A stretch of 64,000 bases of DNA. Source: an uncultured Gammaproteobacteria bacterium (GTDB lineage: Bacteria > Patescibacteriota > Microgenomatia > Levybacterales > GWA1-39-11). The stretch is from contig CAYVFE010000001.1 in the NCBI GenBank assembly GCA_964450885.1, positions 502,572-566,571 on the forward strand, in the 5' to 3' direction. Below are positions 20,905 to 30,820 of the stretch, piece after piece. The notes under the pieces are model-generated. The model worked only from the letters and a program-made list of their open reading frames with translations, ran no database searches and was not told the origin of the DNA. A program made the position numbers and the translations under genes. How positions within the stretch are numbered: the first letter of the stretch is position 1; every line of letters begins with the position of its first letter.

Positions 20905-21645
20905 TTAGTGCCCACCTCCTTCCGAGTGTGGCGTGCTCAGCACAGCCATAAATACCATAGTTAACATTGCAAAAACAAGAGCTTGGACTAATGCGATTAT
21001 TGTTTCTAACATAATAAATGGTAGGGGAGCAAGAAATGCAAATATCCCCGATATCGTTACGAGAACGACTTCTCCCGCAAAGATATTACCAAATAGTCTA
21101 AACGAAAGAGATATTATTTTAACAAATTCCAGAACAAACTCAAGAAGTCCTATAAAAAGGCTAACGGGATTTAATGATAAAAACTTTTGAAGATATCCTA
21201 CAAGCCCCACTGTTGTTATCGTAAGAAAGTGAGTAGCAAAAACAGATACGGTTCCTAAGGCAAGCGTCATATTAAAGTCGGTCGTTGCTGCCCTAAATAA
21301 GGGAACAAGTGTGTGTTCCCCATGGTGTTCTTCGAATATCCCAACTGCAGTTATTCCGGGTAGGAGTCCGAAAAGATTTGTCACGAATATTACTATGAAA
21401 AATGTCGCAAACCATGGGAATATTTTTGCAGCACGACTTCCAGCAATCTGTTCTGTTAGTCCATAGAAGTAGGTCAGTCCAGGCTCTATGAATGACTGGA
21501 TTCCTGATGGCCTGACACTTATTCTCTTTGCTATTATATAGAGTAGGAAAAGTAGGATCGCATCTACTGCGACCGTTGCTATTACTGTGTTTGTTACTGG
21601 AAAACCAGCAACTTCAGTTATTAATTCAGGTTGTAATGAAGCCAT
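20905..21645 (-). CDS. atpB: Fo ATP synthase a subunit.
   Basis: Conserved essential Arg region (LSFRLFGNIFAGE). Confidence 0.93.
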   Translation of the reverse strand: MASLQPELITEVAGFPVTNTVIATVAVDAILLFLLYIIAKRISVRPSGIQSFIEPGLTYFYGLTEQIAGSRAAKIFPWFATFFIVIFVTNLFGLLPGITAVGIFEEHHGEHTLVPLFRAATTDFNMTLALGTVSVFATHFLTITTVGLVGYLQKFLSLNPVSLFIGLLEFVLEFVKIISLSFRLFGNIFAGEVVLVTISGIFAFLAPLPFIMLETIIALVQALVFAMLTMVFMAVLSTPHSEGGGH

Positions 21646-21682
21646 TAAAACTATCTACCCAATTAACTAAGGGAATGAGTTT

Positions 21683-21711
21683 ATTTTATCGAAGGAAATA
21701 GTGATAGTCAA
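21683..21711 (-). promoter_or_regulatory. Candidate sigma70-type promoter for the atp operon (minus strand): -35 TTGACT, 17 nt spacer, -10 TAAAAT.
   Basis: The reverse complement of 21683-21711 reads TTGACTatcactatttccttcgaTAAAAT. The -10 lies about 38 nt upstream of the atpB ATG. Confidence 0.4.
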
Positions 21712-21716
21712 GAGAG

Positions 21717-24700
21717 TTAATTCACCAGTCTTACACTGTCGACCAGAATAACTGGAGCGTCGTCTTTGTGGTCAATTTTACCAGTCACTAGGACTATGGC
21801 ATCTTTATTGATAAGTGATTTGTCTCTTGCGAAAACTTTCGGAAAAACCACAGCTTCGATAGATCCTCCCATATGGTCCTCAACGGTAATAAAAGCCATC
21901 TCTTCATTTTTTCGTTTTGTAAATATTTTTTTTACTTGACTAACAAGCCCTCCAACCCTAACGCTCGATCCGTCTTTTGCTTCTGGAATTTCGTTGATCT
22001 TATGTGTGGAAAGTGAGAAAAGATTGCCCAGTTTTTGATTTAGAGGATGGTCAGTCAGAAAAAATCCCAGAAGCTCCCGCTCAAAGACCAGTTTTTCATT
22101 TTGTGTGAATTCCTCTATTTCCATATATACTTTCATATCAAAATGCAGACTGCTTTCATCAGGGATGTCTTCAAAAAGACTATCCTGATTTAGATTTACC
22201 GTTTTAGATTTTTTGTTGACAGTATCTACTATTTCGTTCATTGCGGTAAGCATCATGGCCCGATTTCCAAATTCATCAAATGCGCCTGCCTTTATAAGAC
22301 TTTCAAGCGTTTTCCTATTTACTTTTGAAAGATCTACCCGGCTTACAAAGTCCATAAGGCTTTCAAAGTTTCCTTTATTTCGTGCTTCAAGAATAGTGGA
22401 GATTGCGGCCTCTCCTACATTTTTTATAGCACTAAGTCCAAATCTTATATTCTCATGGTCTTCAACTGAAAATTCTGCTTCTGATTTATTGACGGATGGA
22501 GTTAGCACATTGATCTTCAATCTTTTACATTCTGCGATAGCCTCTGCCATCTTTTCGTTCTTTGCAGGGCCTGTGGTTCCACGAGACTCAGCAGTAAGGA
22601 GCGCAGTCATAAATTCTACACCGTAATTGGCCTTTAGATAAGCTGTCCGGTAGGCGATAGTTGCATAGCAAGCGGCATGTGCTTTATTAAATCCATAGCC
22701 GGCAAAAGGAGCGATCAAGTCGAAAAGTTCCTCACTTTTTTTCTTGTCAAGGCCATTATCCATAGCGCCTTTTATAAATAAGTCTTTCTGCTTTTTCATT
22801 TCTGCCGGTATTTTTTTACCCACTGCCTTTCTCAATTTATCTGCATCGAGCCAGGAAAATCCAGCAAGTTTTATAGCTGTCAAAAGTACATCATCCTGAT
22901 ACGTAAGTATTCCATAAGATGGACGGAGGATTTCTTCCAGACGGGGATCCGGATATGAAATCTTTTCTGGGTTATGCTTTCTTTCGATAAAGTCAGGGAT
23001 ATTTTGCATGGGACCTGGTCTGTAAAGAGCAACCATTGCCATCACATCAAAGATAGAAGAAGGCTTAAGCTCTTTTATATAGCGTCTCATCCCAGCAGAC
23101 TCAAGTTGAAATATTCCTGTATTCTCTCCAGACGCAAGCAGCTGGTAAGTTTTTTCATCATCTAGTGGTACTGTCGAGAAATCGACCGTTTCTTCTCTGT
23201 TGGCCTTTATAAATCGAAGAGCTTCCTGGATAATTGTGAGATTTCGCAGGCCCAGAAAGTCCATTTTCAGGAGTCCGACTCCGTCTTCACCAACAGTATA
23301 CATATCGTATTGTGTAATTATTTTTCCACCCCTCGATTCTCTTTGTAATGGAGTGTATTCAGTAATATCTTTATCTGCGATAACGACTCCTGCGGCATGG
23401 ACAGATGCATGGCGCGCAACACCCTCAAGCTTTTTAGATAAGTCTATAAGTCTTTTTGTGTCTTCCTCAGAGTTGTATGCATTCCGCAGGTCTGTGCTTT
23501 GGGAAAGCGCATTATCAAGTGTCATCGAATGGCCTTGCCATCCGGGAGGAATCATTTTTGAGATTCTGTCGGGCCCAGAGTAGGGCATCCCTAAAGCTCT
23601 TCCCGTATCCCTTACGGAGCCCTTGGCCTCCATCGTTCCAAAAGTGATGATCTGCGCGACTTTGTCACGGCCATATTTTTCGGTAACATAATTTATGACC
23701 TCATCTCTTTTGGTATCAGCAAAGTCTAGATCAATATCGGGAGCAGAGGGTCTTTGAGGATTTAGAAATCTTTCAAAAGGGAGTTTGAAATAGAATGGGT
23801 CTACGTCGGTAATCCTGAGTATGTACGACACCACAGAACCTGCTGCTGATCCTCTCCCAGGACCAACGGATATACCGTTATCTTTCGCCCAGTTAACAAA
23901 GTCAGCTACAACCAGAAAATAAGTAGCATAGCCCTTGTCATTTATTATCGAGAGTTCATAGTCGACCCTTTCCTCGATTTCAGGAGTAACTTGCTTGTAT
24001 CTTTTACTAATATTTTCATCAATCAGCTGCTTGAGATAAGTCTTTGGGGTAAGTCCTTTGGGGACCTCAAAATTTGGCATTATCCATTTGCCTAACTCTA
24101 TCTCCACATTGCATCGATCAGAAATTTTCATTGTATTTTCAACGGCACTAGGCACATCCATAAATAATTCTTTCATTTCCTGCGGGGTTTTTATGTAAAA
24201 ATCAGGCGAGTCGATCATAGAAAGTTTTCGATTTGGAGTATCGATTGTGGTTTGTGTGCCAATGCAGAGTAATATTTCTTGAGCCTGTGCATCATCTTTA
24301 TTGATATAGTGATTGTCATTTGTAGCTACGAGTGGGATACCTTCTCTTTTTGATATTTCGATGAGCTTTTGATTGAGCTCTTCTTGACGCGGGACTTTAA
24401 TGTGTCTCTGGATCTCCAGATATAATCTATCGTTATCAAATATCTCCTTAAGATTATCTAATCTTGTTGCCGCTTCTTTTTCGTTTCCATTTAATAGCGG
24501 ATCGGAGATATAGCCATTTAGGCATGCAGTAAGACAGATCAATCCTTCGTTATGTTTTCTCAGAAGTTCTATGTCGCATCGTGGTTTGTAATAATATCCT
24601 TCAAGGTTTGCGACCGAAATGATCTTCATCAAATTTTTATAGCCCTGCAAATTTTCAGCTAGAAGTATTAGATGGTTGTAGTCTTTATCAACTCCAGCCT

Positions 24701-24935
24701 CTTTATCATGCAAAGAGCGCGGGGCCATGTATACCTCGCAGCCGATAATCGGTTTTATTTCATATTTTTTACATGTCTGAAAAAATTTAATAGCTCCATA
24801 TAGACTTCCATGGTCGGTTATGGCGATGGATTTCATACCTAGATCCTTTGCTTTTTTTACCATGAGCTCGACCTTTGACAGTCCATCGAGTAGAGAATAT
24901 TCAGAGTGGTTATGTAAGTGTGTAAATTCTGTCAT
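21717..24935 (-). CDS. dnaE: DNA polymerase III alpha subunit.
   Basis: N-terminal PHP domain (HLHNHSEYSLLDG..ITDHGSLYG) followed by the Pol IIIA palm, fingers and OB domains. Confidence 0.97.
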   Translation of the reverse strand: MTEFTHLHNHSEYSLLDGLSKVELMVKKAKDLGMKSIAITDHGSLYGAIKFFQTCKKYEIKPIIGCEVYMAPRSLHDKEAGVDKDYNHLILLAENLQGYKNLMKIISVANLEGYYYKPRCDIELLRKHNEGLICLTACLNGYISDPLLNGNEKEAATRLDNLKEIFDNDRLYLEIQRHIKVPRQEELNQKLIEISKREGIPLVATNDNHYINKDDAQAQEILLCIGTQTTIDTPNRKLSMIDSPDFYIKTPQEMKELFMDVPSAVENTMKISDRCNVEIELGKWIMPNFEVPKGLTPKTYLKQLIDENISKRYKQVTPEIEERVDYELSIINDKGYATYFLVVADFVNWAKDNGISVGPGRGSAAGSVVSYILRITDVDPFYFKLPFERFLNPQRPSAPDIDLDFADTKRDEVINYVTEKYGRDKVAQIITFGTMEAKGSVRDTGRALGMPYSGPDRISKMIPPGWQGHSMTLDNALSQSTDLRNAYNSEEDTKRLIDLSKKLEGVARHASVHAAGVVIADKDITEYTPLQRESRGGKIITQYDMYTVGEDGVGLLKMDFLGLRNLTIIQEALRFIKANREETVDFSTVPLDDEKTYQLLASGENTGIFQLESAGMRRYIKELKPSSIFDVMAMVALYRPGPMQNIPDFIERKHNPEKISYPDPRLEEILRPSYGILTYQDDVLLTAIKLAGFSWLDADKLRKAVGKKIPAEMKKQKDLFIKGAMDNGLDKKKSEELFDLIAPFAGYGFNKAHAACYATIAYRTAYLKANYGVEFMTALLTAESRGTTGPAKNEKMAEAIAECKRLKINVLTPSVNKSEAEFSVEDHENIRFGLSAIKNVGEAAISTILEARNKGNFESLMDFVSRVDLSKVNRKTLESLIKAGAFDEFGNRAMMLTAMNEIVDTVNKKSKTVNLNQDSLFEDIPDESSLHFDMKVYMEIEEFTQNEKLVFERELLGFFLTDHPLNQKLGNLFSLSTHKINEIPEAKDGSSVRVGGLVSQVKKIFTKRKNEEMAFITVEDHMGGSIEAVVFPKVFARDKSLINKDAIVLVTGKIDHKDDAPVILVDSVRLVN

Positions 24936-24939
24936 GCTT

Positions 24940-25677
24940 TTATGCAGCGTTAGCTGCGCTATTTATTTTTTGGGGCAAGAATTCCTTAAAATTTCCATCA
25001 GATTGAACAACCATTAAATGGCTTTCCCCATCCTGTTTGTTAAGTTTTGCTCCATACATGGCCTCATCAGCTTTAGCTATAGATTCTTCTGGATTATTCA
25101 AATCTAGTAGTATTGCCCCAGCAGATATCCGTATTTGAGTATTTTCATTAAGCCTGTTCCACCAACTTTGTAGTCCGTCATTATCTGGATCGTCTAGAAT
25201 TATCGCGAATTCATCTCCCCCAAATCTAGCGACTATGTCTGTTCCTCTGGTGCTGCTCTTTAGTTCGGAAGCGATTAATTTTAGGTATTCATCACCTGCC
25301 TCATGTCCTTGCGAGTCATTAATCTCTTTCAATCCGTCTGCGTCTATAAATATTGCGTTGAGTTTGCCGCCAGATCTTTTGCTCAAATTAATTCGTTGTT
25401 TTAATTCTTTATCAAACCCTTTTCTATTGAGTAGCCCAGTTAGCTCATCGATTCCAGACCTTTCCTTTTCCCGTTCAAGGCGTATCTCTGTAGCTACTAA
25501 ATTTCTAGCACTTCTGTTAGCGGAGACTAGTTCTAATTTAGTTTTATCCAAGCTTTCATGTAGGTTATCATCCTCCAAAGCAGTCAATTTTTCGTCAACT
25601 CTATTTTGTATATCGTGATCTTTGCTAGTTTTTATAACTGGTGGTAACTCAACCTCTGGTCCTCCTTCTTCCATCAA
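24940..25677 (-). CDS. Stand-alone GGDEF-domain diguanylate cyclase with an intact I-site.
   Basis: LTGLLNRKGF, active site GGDEF, and an RxxD I-site (RGTD) 5 residues upstream. The N-terminal ~70 aa are charged coiled-coil with no recognisable sensor domain. Confidence 0.85.
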   Translation of the reverse strand: MMEEGGPEVELPPVIKTSKDHDIQNRVDEKLTALEDDNLHESLDKTKLELVSANRSARNLVATEIRLEREKERSGIDELTGLLNRKGFDKELKQRINLSKRSGGKLNAIFIDADGLKEINDSQGHEAGDEYLKLIASELKSSTRGTDIVARFGGDEFAIILDDPDNDGLQSWWNRLNENTQIRISAGAILLDLNNPEESIAKADEAMYGAKLNKQDGESHLMVVQSDGNFKEFLPQKINSAANAA

Positions 25678-25678
25678 A

Positions 25679-27007
25679 TCATTCTAGCATTTCGGTGAGT
25701 TTTTTTCTAATCTGATCATTGTCTTTTGCTTCTGGCAAAGCCCTTTTTACCATACCTATTAGAAATCCTATTACCTGATTTTTTCCTGATTTGTAATCTT
25801 TTACTGCCTGAATATTTTGTTCAAATACCTCGCTTATTGCTTGCTCGAGTTTCGAGTCATCGATTGTCTCAATATTTTCTTCTTCTACGATTTGCTTTAT
25901 GACACTTGCAGGGGGAGTGTCTTTTACATCTACTTTTTTATTTATGAGATAAGATGCTATTTTTGTTGCTTTTATACCATGTCTTTTTCCGATTTCCACC
26001 ATATCTTCAAAATAGTCTGCTTGTGCTTTTTCGCGTGTCAGTATCTCTGCGTCAAGATTTTTTATTCCATAGTCTTTAGCAAGTCTCTTCCGTCTTTCGT
26101 CGGGTAGTTCGGGTATCTGAGTTTGTAAGATCTCTATTTGAGAATCGGTAAATTCTATAGGTGGGATGTCGGGTTCGGGGAAGTACCTATAGTCATGAGC
26201 CTCCTCTTTGCTTCTTTGGCTCACAGTTTTATTCTTAAATTCATTCCACCCACGGGTTTCTTGAGTAGGAGTTTCTCCTTCTTCAAGCAACTGTTCGTGA
26301 CGTTTTTGTTCGTATTTAATAGCTTTGTCTACGAATTTAAATGAGTTGATATTTTTTACTTCCACTTTATATTTAGGTAGCTTTGTCTCACCCGGTTTTC
26401 TAAGAGAAATATTTGGCTCAAGTCTCATATGGCCCTTTTCCATATCAGCGTCAGATACATTTAAGTACCGTATTATTCTTTGAAGTCTTGTCAAAAATTC
26501 TTTAGCTTCTTCGCCTGATCTGATATCAGGCTCGGTAACTATCTCAACGAGCGGCACACCTGAACGGTTGAAGTCTATAAGCGATACATCTTTTCCATCT
26601 AGTCTAGAGTGGGTAAGTTTTCCCGTATCCTCTTCCATGTGTACACGGGTAATTCCTATGGTCTTTTTAGTGCCATTTACTTCAATCTCTAGTTTTCCAT
26701 GTTCCCCAAAAGGGTGGAGGAATTGACTGGTCTGGAATCCTTTAGCAAGATCCGGATAAAAGTAGTTCTTTCTTTCAAAAAAAGAATCTTTATTTATTTT
26801 ACAACCGAGAGCCAGGGCAATTTTTACACAAGAATCTATTGCTTGTTGATTTGTGTAGGGTAGGGCACCAGGTAGTCCCAAGCATGTTGGACAAGTTGTA
26901 GTATTTGGTTTGTCAGCTAGTGTAGGATTTTTACATCGGCAAAACATTTTCCCTAGAGTGGAAAGTTCTACATGTATTTCTAATCCTACTATTGTTTCGT
27001 AACTCAT
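25679..27007 (-). CDS. gatB: Asp/Glu-tRNA(Asn/Gln) amidotransferase subunit B.
   Basis: MSYETIVGLEIHVEL...CRC and the GatB/YqeY tail. Confidence 0.95.
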   Translation of the reverse strand: MSYETIVGLEIHVELSTLGKMFCRCKNPTLADKPNTTTCPTCLGLPGALPYTNQQAIDSCVKIALALGCKINKDSFFERKNYFYPDLAKGFQTSQFLHPFGEHGKLEIEVNGTKKTIGITRVHMEEDTGKLTHSRLDGKDVSLIDFNRSGVPLVEIVTEPDIRSGEEAKEFLTRLQRIIRYLNVSDADMEKGHMRLEPNISLRKPGETKLPKYKVEVKNINSFKFVDKAIKYEQKRHEQLLEEGETPTQETRGWNEFKNKTVSQRSKEEAHDYRYFPEPDIPPIEFTDSQIEILQTQIPELPDERRKRLAKDYGIKNLDAEILTREKAQADYFEDMVEIGKRHGIKATKIASYLINKKVDVKDTPPASVIKQIVEEENIETIDDSKLEQAISEVFEQNIQAVKDYKSGKNQVIGFLIGMVKRALPEAKDNDQIRKKLTEMLE

Positions 27008-28407
27008 AAATTTGGCAGTTCTTTGTAATGCTCTGTTTTGCTTTCGAATTGAGAACCTATCCTAAATAATAATTTTTCAGAAAAGTGGGGTCCTATGAAC
27101 TGGATTCCAATAGGAAGTTTGCCTTCTGAAAAGCCAGCAGGAACTGATATTGCGGGCACACCAGCTAGATTTATTGGTACAGTAAGCAAATCTGATAGAT
27201 ACATCTGGAGTGGATCATCCGCTTTCTCCCCAAATTTCCATGCTGGGGTGGGCGATACAGGGGCGACTAACGCATCAGCTTTTTCAAAAGCGTCTTTAAA
27301 GTCTTTAATGATAAGTGTTCTTACCTGCATAGCCTTTTTATAGTAGGCGTCATAATATCCAGAAGAAAGAGTAAAGGTGCCCAGCATGATTCTTCTCTTT
27401 GCTTCTTTACCAAAATAAGATCTATCTTTGCCAAACCTAATCCCATCGTAACGGGCCAGGTTGCTGCTGACCTCCGATGGCTGGAGGATGTAATATGTTG
27501 CAATGGCGTGATCTGTATTCGGAAGCGATACTTCAATAATCTGTGCGCCCAATTCCTCAAGAGCCTTAATAGATTTTTCGAAAGCTTGCTTAGTGTCTTT
27601 ATCCAAGGCGTCAGATACATATTCTTTGGGAATTCCTATTCTGAGACCCTTTATTTCCTTTTTCAGATCTTCCATGTAGTTTTCTTTGTCCCTTTTTGCA
27701 AGCGTACTGTCATATCCATCAGCTCCTGCCGTCACATTTAGGATTCTTGCTGAGTCTTCAACTGTTTTTGAAAAATGTCCGATGCTATCCAGTGATGAGG
27801 CCATAGAAATTACACCGTAGCGGGAGACAAGTCCATATGTAGGTTTTAGGCCGACCGTATTTGTGAAACTTGCTGGTAGTCGGATAGATCCGCCAGTATC
27901 GGTACCTGTAGAAAATGGTACAAGTGATGCTGCTACTGCAGCAGCAGATCCGCTGGATGATCCTCCAGGAACGCGTTCTTTATTCCAGGGATTTAGTGTA
28001 TTGCCAAAATCACTATTCTCTCCGGACGATCCGTGCGCCCAAGCATCGCAGTTGAGCTTTCCCAAAGATATCGCTCCAGCCTCTTCAAGCACATTTACAA
28101 CTGTTCCTGAGTATGGTGGGATATAGTCTCTTAAGACATTTGAGCTGGCGGTGGTTCTGACCCCCTTTGTCAAAAACATATCTTTTATTCCAAGCGGAAT
28201 GCCATATAGCGCTCCATTGGGAGTCTTGCTATCAAGATCTTTTGCTTTCTTCTTTGCATTTTGTGCGTCAAGAGTTATAAATGCATTTAACTCAGGGTTT
28301 AGTTTTTCGATTCTCTCCAAGTAGGAAGACACTATTTCGCTGACGGAAAATTTTTTTTCTTTGTACCCATCTATAATTTCTGTAATTGTTAGGTTTGTAA
28401 TATCCAT
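27004..28407 (-). CDS. gatA: Asp/Glu-tRNA(Asn/Gln) amidotransferase subunit A (amidase).
   Basis: Amidase signature GGSSSGSAAAVAA and the Ser-cisSer-Lys triad context. Confidence 0.95.
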   Translation of the reverse strand: MDITNLTITEIIDGYKEKKFSVSEIVSSYLERIEKLNPELNAFITLDAQNAKKKAKDLDSKTPNGALYGIPLGIKDMFLTKGVRTTASSNVLRDYIPPYSGTVVNVLEEAGAISLGKLNCDAWAHGSSGENSDFGNTLNPWNKERVPGGSSSGSAAAVAASLVPFSTGTDTGGSIRLPASFTNTVGLKPTYGLVSRYGVISMASSLDSIGHFSKTVEDSARILNVTAGADGYDSTLAKRDKENYMEDLKKEIKGLRIGIPKEYVSDALDKDTKQAFEKSIKALEELGAQIIEVSLPNTDHAIATYYILQPSEVSSNLARYDGIRFGKDRSYFGKEAKRRIMLGTFTLSSGYYDAYYKKAMQVRTLIIKDFKDAFEKADALVAPVSPTPAWKFGEKADDPLQMYLSDLLTVPINLAGVPAISVPAGFSEGKLPIGIQFIGPHFSEKLLFRIGSQFESKTEHYKELPNL

Positions 28408-28697
28408 TATTCGTTGGTCTCTACCAGCTTATCTACAACAAACATATTATTGTGTTTTTTTTCTGTTCCTGAAGTAGATTCTTCGGGTGGCAACATGCCA
28501 CCAATATGTTCATCGCTTCGGGTTATATTCTTAAGTCCTGTGACTTGTGTAGTCGGTTCGACTGCGGTGGTATCTATTTTATTCAGTTGTTCTATGTAGT
28601 GGAGGATATCATTAAGTTGTTCATCAAATTCTTTTTCCTCTTTATCTGTCAGTGTTAGGTTCGAAAGCTTTGAAACTTTCTTTACATCAATTTTCAT
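28407..28697 (-). CDS. gatC: Asp/Glu-tRNA(Asn/Gln) amidotransferase subunit C.
   Basis: Size, position upstream of gatA, and the conserved LTDKEEKEF...L motif. Confidence 0.85.
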   Translation of the reverse strand: MKIDVKKVSKLSNLTLTDKEEKEFDEQLNDILHYIEQLNKIDTTAVEPTTQVTGLKNITRSDEHIGGMLPPEESTSGTEKKHNNMFVVDKLVETNE

Positions 28698-28735
28698 GAC
28701 TTGATTATATAAGTTTGAGGCTAAATAAACAACAC

Positions 28736-29515
28736 TTAATATGAGGTTTTTAACCGCATAAGGATATTTGTCTTAGCTTTATTTGCATAAGTATCATCGA
28801 GCTTACTTAAAGCTATTTCCTTTCCGTATTTTTTGACTAATGCATTTTCAATCAGATAGTCAGCAAGTTCTGGATTAGATGGGAGTATGGGACCATGAAG
28901 ATATGTGCCGATAGTACTTTTGTAATGAATTCCTTCGGTGGTGTCCTCACCGTTATTTCCGTATCCCTTTATGATTTCCGCAAAAGCCAGGTCTTTATTT
29001 GCAAGAATAGTTCTACCGCCATGATTTTCAAAACCTACAATATAGTTGGAAAGCTTAAGGTTGTTGGTCGGTAGCTGATGTGGTTTTATAACTGCATTTC
29101 CTATGAGTCTTTTTCCAGCTTGATCAGAATGTGTATACATGTCAAATATTCCAAGCCCGGGAATTTTTATTCCATATGAATCTATATAATAATTTCCCAG
29201 GAATTGGTAAGCTCCGCAGATAAAAAGACCTGGTGTATTTGATTCAATGAGCTTGGATATTATTTTGCCCTTAGTTCCATTTAGATCTTTTTGAACGATT
29301 TCCTGCTGGATATCTTGGGCGCCGCCCATAAATAAAATATCGCAACTTATTAACTCATCTGCCTTAGAGTCATGATTTATTCTCTTTATCTTTACACCCA
29401 TACCCCTCCATTCGATGCGTTTTTGAAGAACAATTATATTCCCACGGTCACCATATGTTGACATTAGTTCTGGATATAGCCATCCAACTGTTAGTTCATA
29501 ATTTTGTTTTTTCAT
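28736..29515 (-). CDS. gatD: Lipid II isoglutaminyl synthase glutaminase subunit GatD-like (CobB/CobQ-type class I glutamine amidotransferase).
   Basis: Catalytic Cys in FICGAYQ and His in YLHGP. Overlaps murT by 4 nt. Confidence 0.75.
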   Translation of the reverse strand: MKKQNYELTVGWLYPELMSTYGDRGNIIVLQKRIEWRGMGVKIKRINHDSKADELISCDILFMGGAQDIQQEIVQKDLNGTKGKIISKLIESNTPGLFICGAYQFLGNYYIDSYGIKIPGLGIFDMYTHSDQAGKRLIGNAVIKPHQLPTNNLKLSNYIVGFENHGGRTILANKDLAFAEIIKGYGNNGEDTTEGIHYKSTIGTYLHGPILPSNPELADYLIENALVKKYGKEIALSKLDDTYANKAKTNILMRLKTSY

Positions 29516-30804
29516 AAAATTGACTTTCCTGTTAGTATCTTTCTGATCTCAAGCATGGCAGAGTACGTAGGTAATATTGCTATGCTCTGGTTGTTAGAAG
29601 TATTCTTGGCAGCTCTTTTTATAGCAGTCGATAAATCTTCGTAGACACGAAGGTTTTCAAGTCCTGCATAGGATAGCCTATTTGCCAGATCGTATGCGCG
29701 CTCACCTGTTATTGTAATATGGAAATTGCCCCTATGGAGCAACTCGAAGTCGACATCCCAAATCCAACTGATATCGCGTCCGTCCGGAATTTTGTCATTT
29801 AAAGCAAAAACCAAATTCTTATATTTATTATTAATTGCGACCTTTAGTGATTCATTGAAGCCAGTCGGATTTTTTGAGAGAAGTAGCAGAAGCTCCGTAT
29901 TTTTGTAGGTTATTTTTTCTTGTCTACCAAATGCTGGCTTAAAATCCTCGAGGCTTTGTATAGAATCGCTTCTTTTTATATCAAATAAATTTTCTGCACA
30001 CAGAGCTGCTGCTGTCAGGTTATATGTATTGAAGGTGCCGTAAAGATCCGTTTTGATATCAAGTTTTATCGAATCCGGATTTTTGAACTTACATTTAGAA
30101 CAGGAAAAGTTACCGATATGTGAATATGAGATCCTCGAATACTCTAATTTATTTTGACAATTAGGACAATTAGTGGAGTCGACAGCATGTGAGAGTTTTT
30201 TTTCTTTCTTTAGATCGTCATTTATAGAATAGAAGATCTTTTTACCCTTTGCGCATTTTGCTAAATCTATGATTTGAGGGTCATCAGCGTTTGCGATAAC
30301 GCTGGTTTTTGAATCTGTTTTTTCCAAAGACGATTTCCATTTTTGTGATGTAGTATTTATCTCCCCGTAGCGGTCTAACTGGTCGCGGAAAAGATTTAAG
30401 AGAATTATTGCATTAGGATTTTTAATTTCTTTTAGGATCAATGGAAACGAATTTTCATCGACTTCAAATAATAATGCTTTACTATTTATTTTCCCGAGAA
30501 GGTTTGAATTCTTGATAATCAGTGAGGCAAGTCCATTCAAAAGATTTGCGCCGGAGTCATTTCTTACAACATCTATACGATTTGTTTTTAGTATATGATA
30601 AAGTGCCTTTGTGGTTGTGGTCTTTCCGTTCGTTCCGGCAATAAATACTATTTTAAGTCCTTTATTTTTAGATAGGGTATCTTTTATAAAATCTGGATTA
30701 GACTCCAGCGCTATATGACCAGGCCATGTTGATGCATTGCGGTTCAAAATCGTTTTGATGAAAAGTGAAGCAAATTTTCCTATAAGAATCGAAAATAAAA
30801 GCAT
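29512..30804 (-). CDS. murT: Mur-ligase-family lipid II isoglutaminyl synthase subunit MurT.
   Basis: Mur ligase P-loop GTNGKTTTTK. Internal Cys4 ribbon (CPNC...CSKC). C-terminal DUF1727-like domain. Confidence 0.8.
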   Translation of the reverse strand: MLLFSILIGKFASLFIKTILNRNASTWPGHIALESNPDFIKDTLSKNKGLKIVFIAGTNGKTTTTKALYHILKTNRIDVVRNDSGANLLNGLASLIIKNSNLLGKINSKALLFEVDENSFPLILKEIKNPNAIILLNLFRDQLDRYGEINTTSQKWKSSLEKTDSKTSVIANADDPQIIDLAKCAKGKKIFYSINDDLKKEKKLSHAVDSTNCPNCQNKLEYSRISYSHIGNFSCSKCKFKNPDSIKLDIKTDLYGTFNTYNLTAAALCAENLFDIKRSDSIQSLEDFKPAFGRQEKITYKNTELLLLLSKNPTGFNESLKVAINNKYKNLVFALNDKIPDGRDISWIWDVDFELLHRGNFHITITGERAYDLANRLSYAGLENLRVYEDLSTAIKRAAKNTSNNQSIAILPTYSAMLEIRKILTGKSIL

Positions 30805-30820
30805 TCATTTATTATATCAA

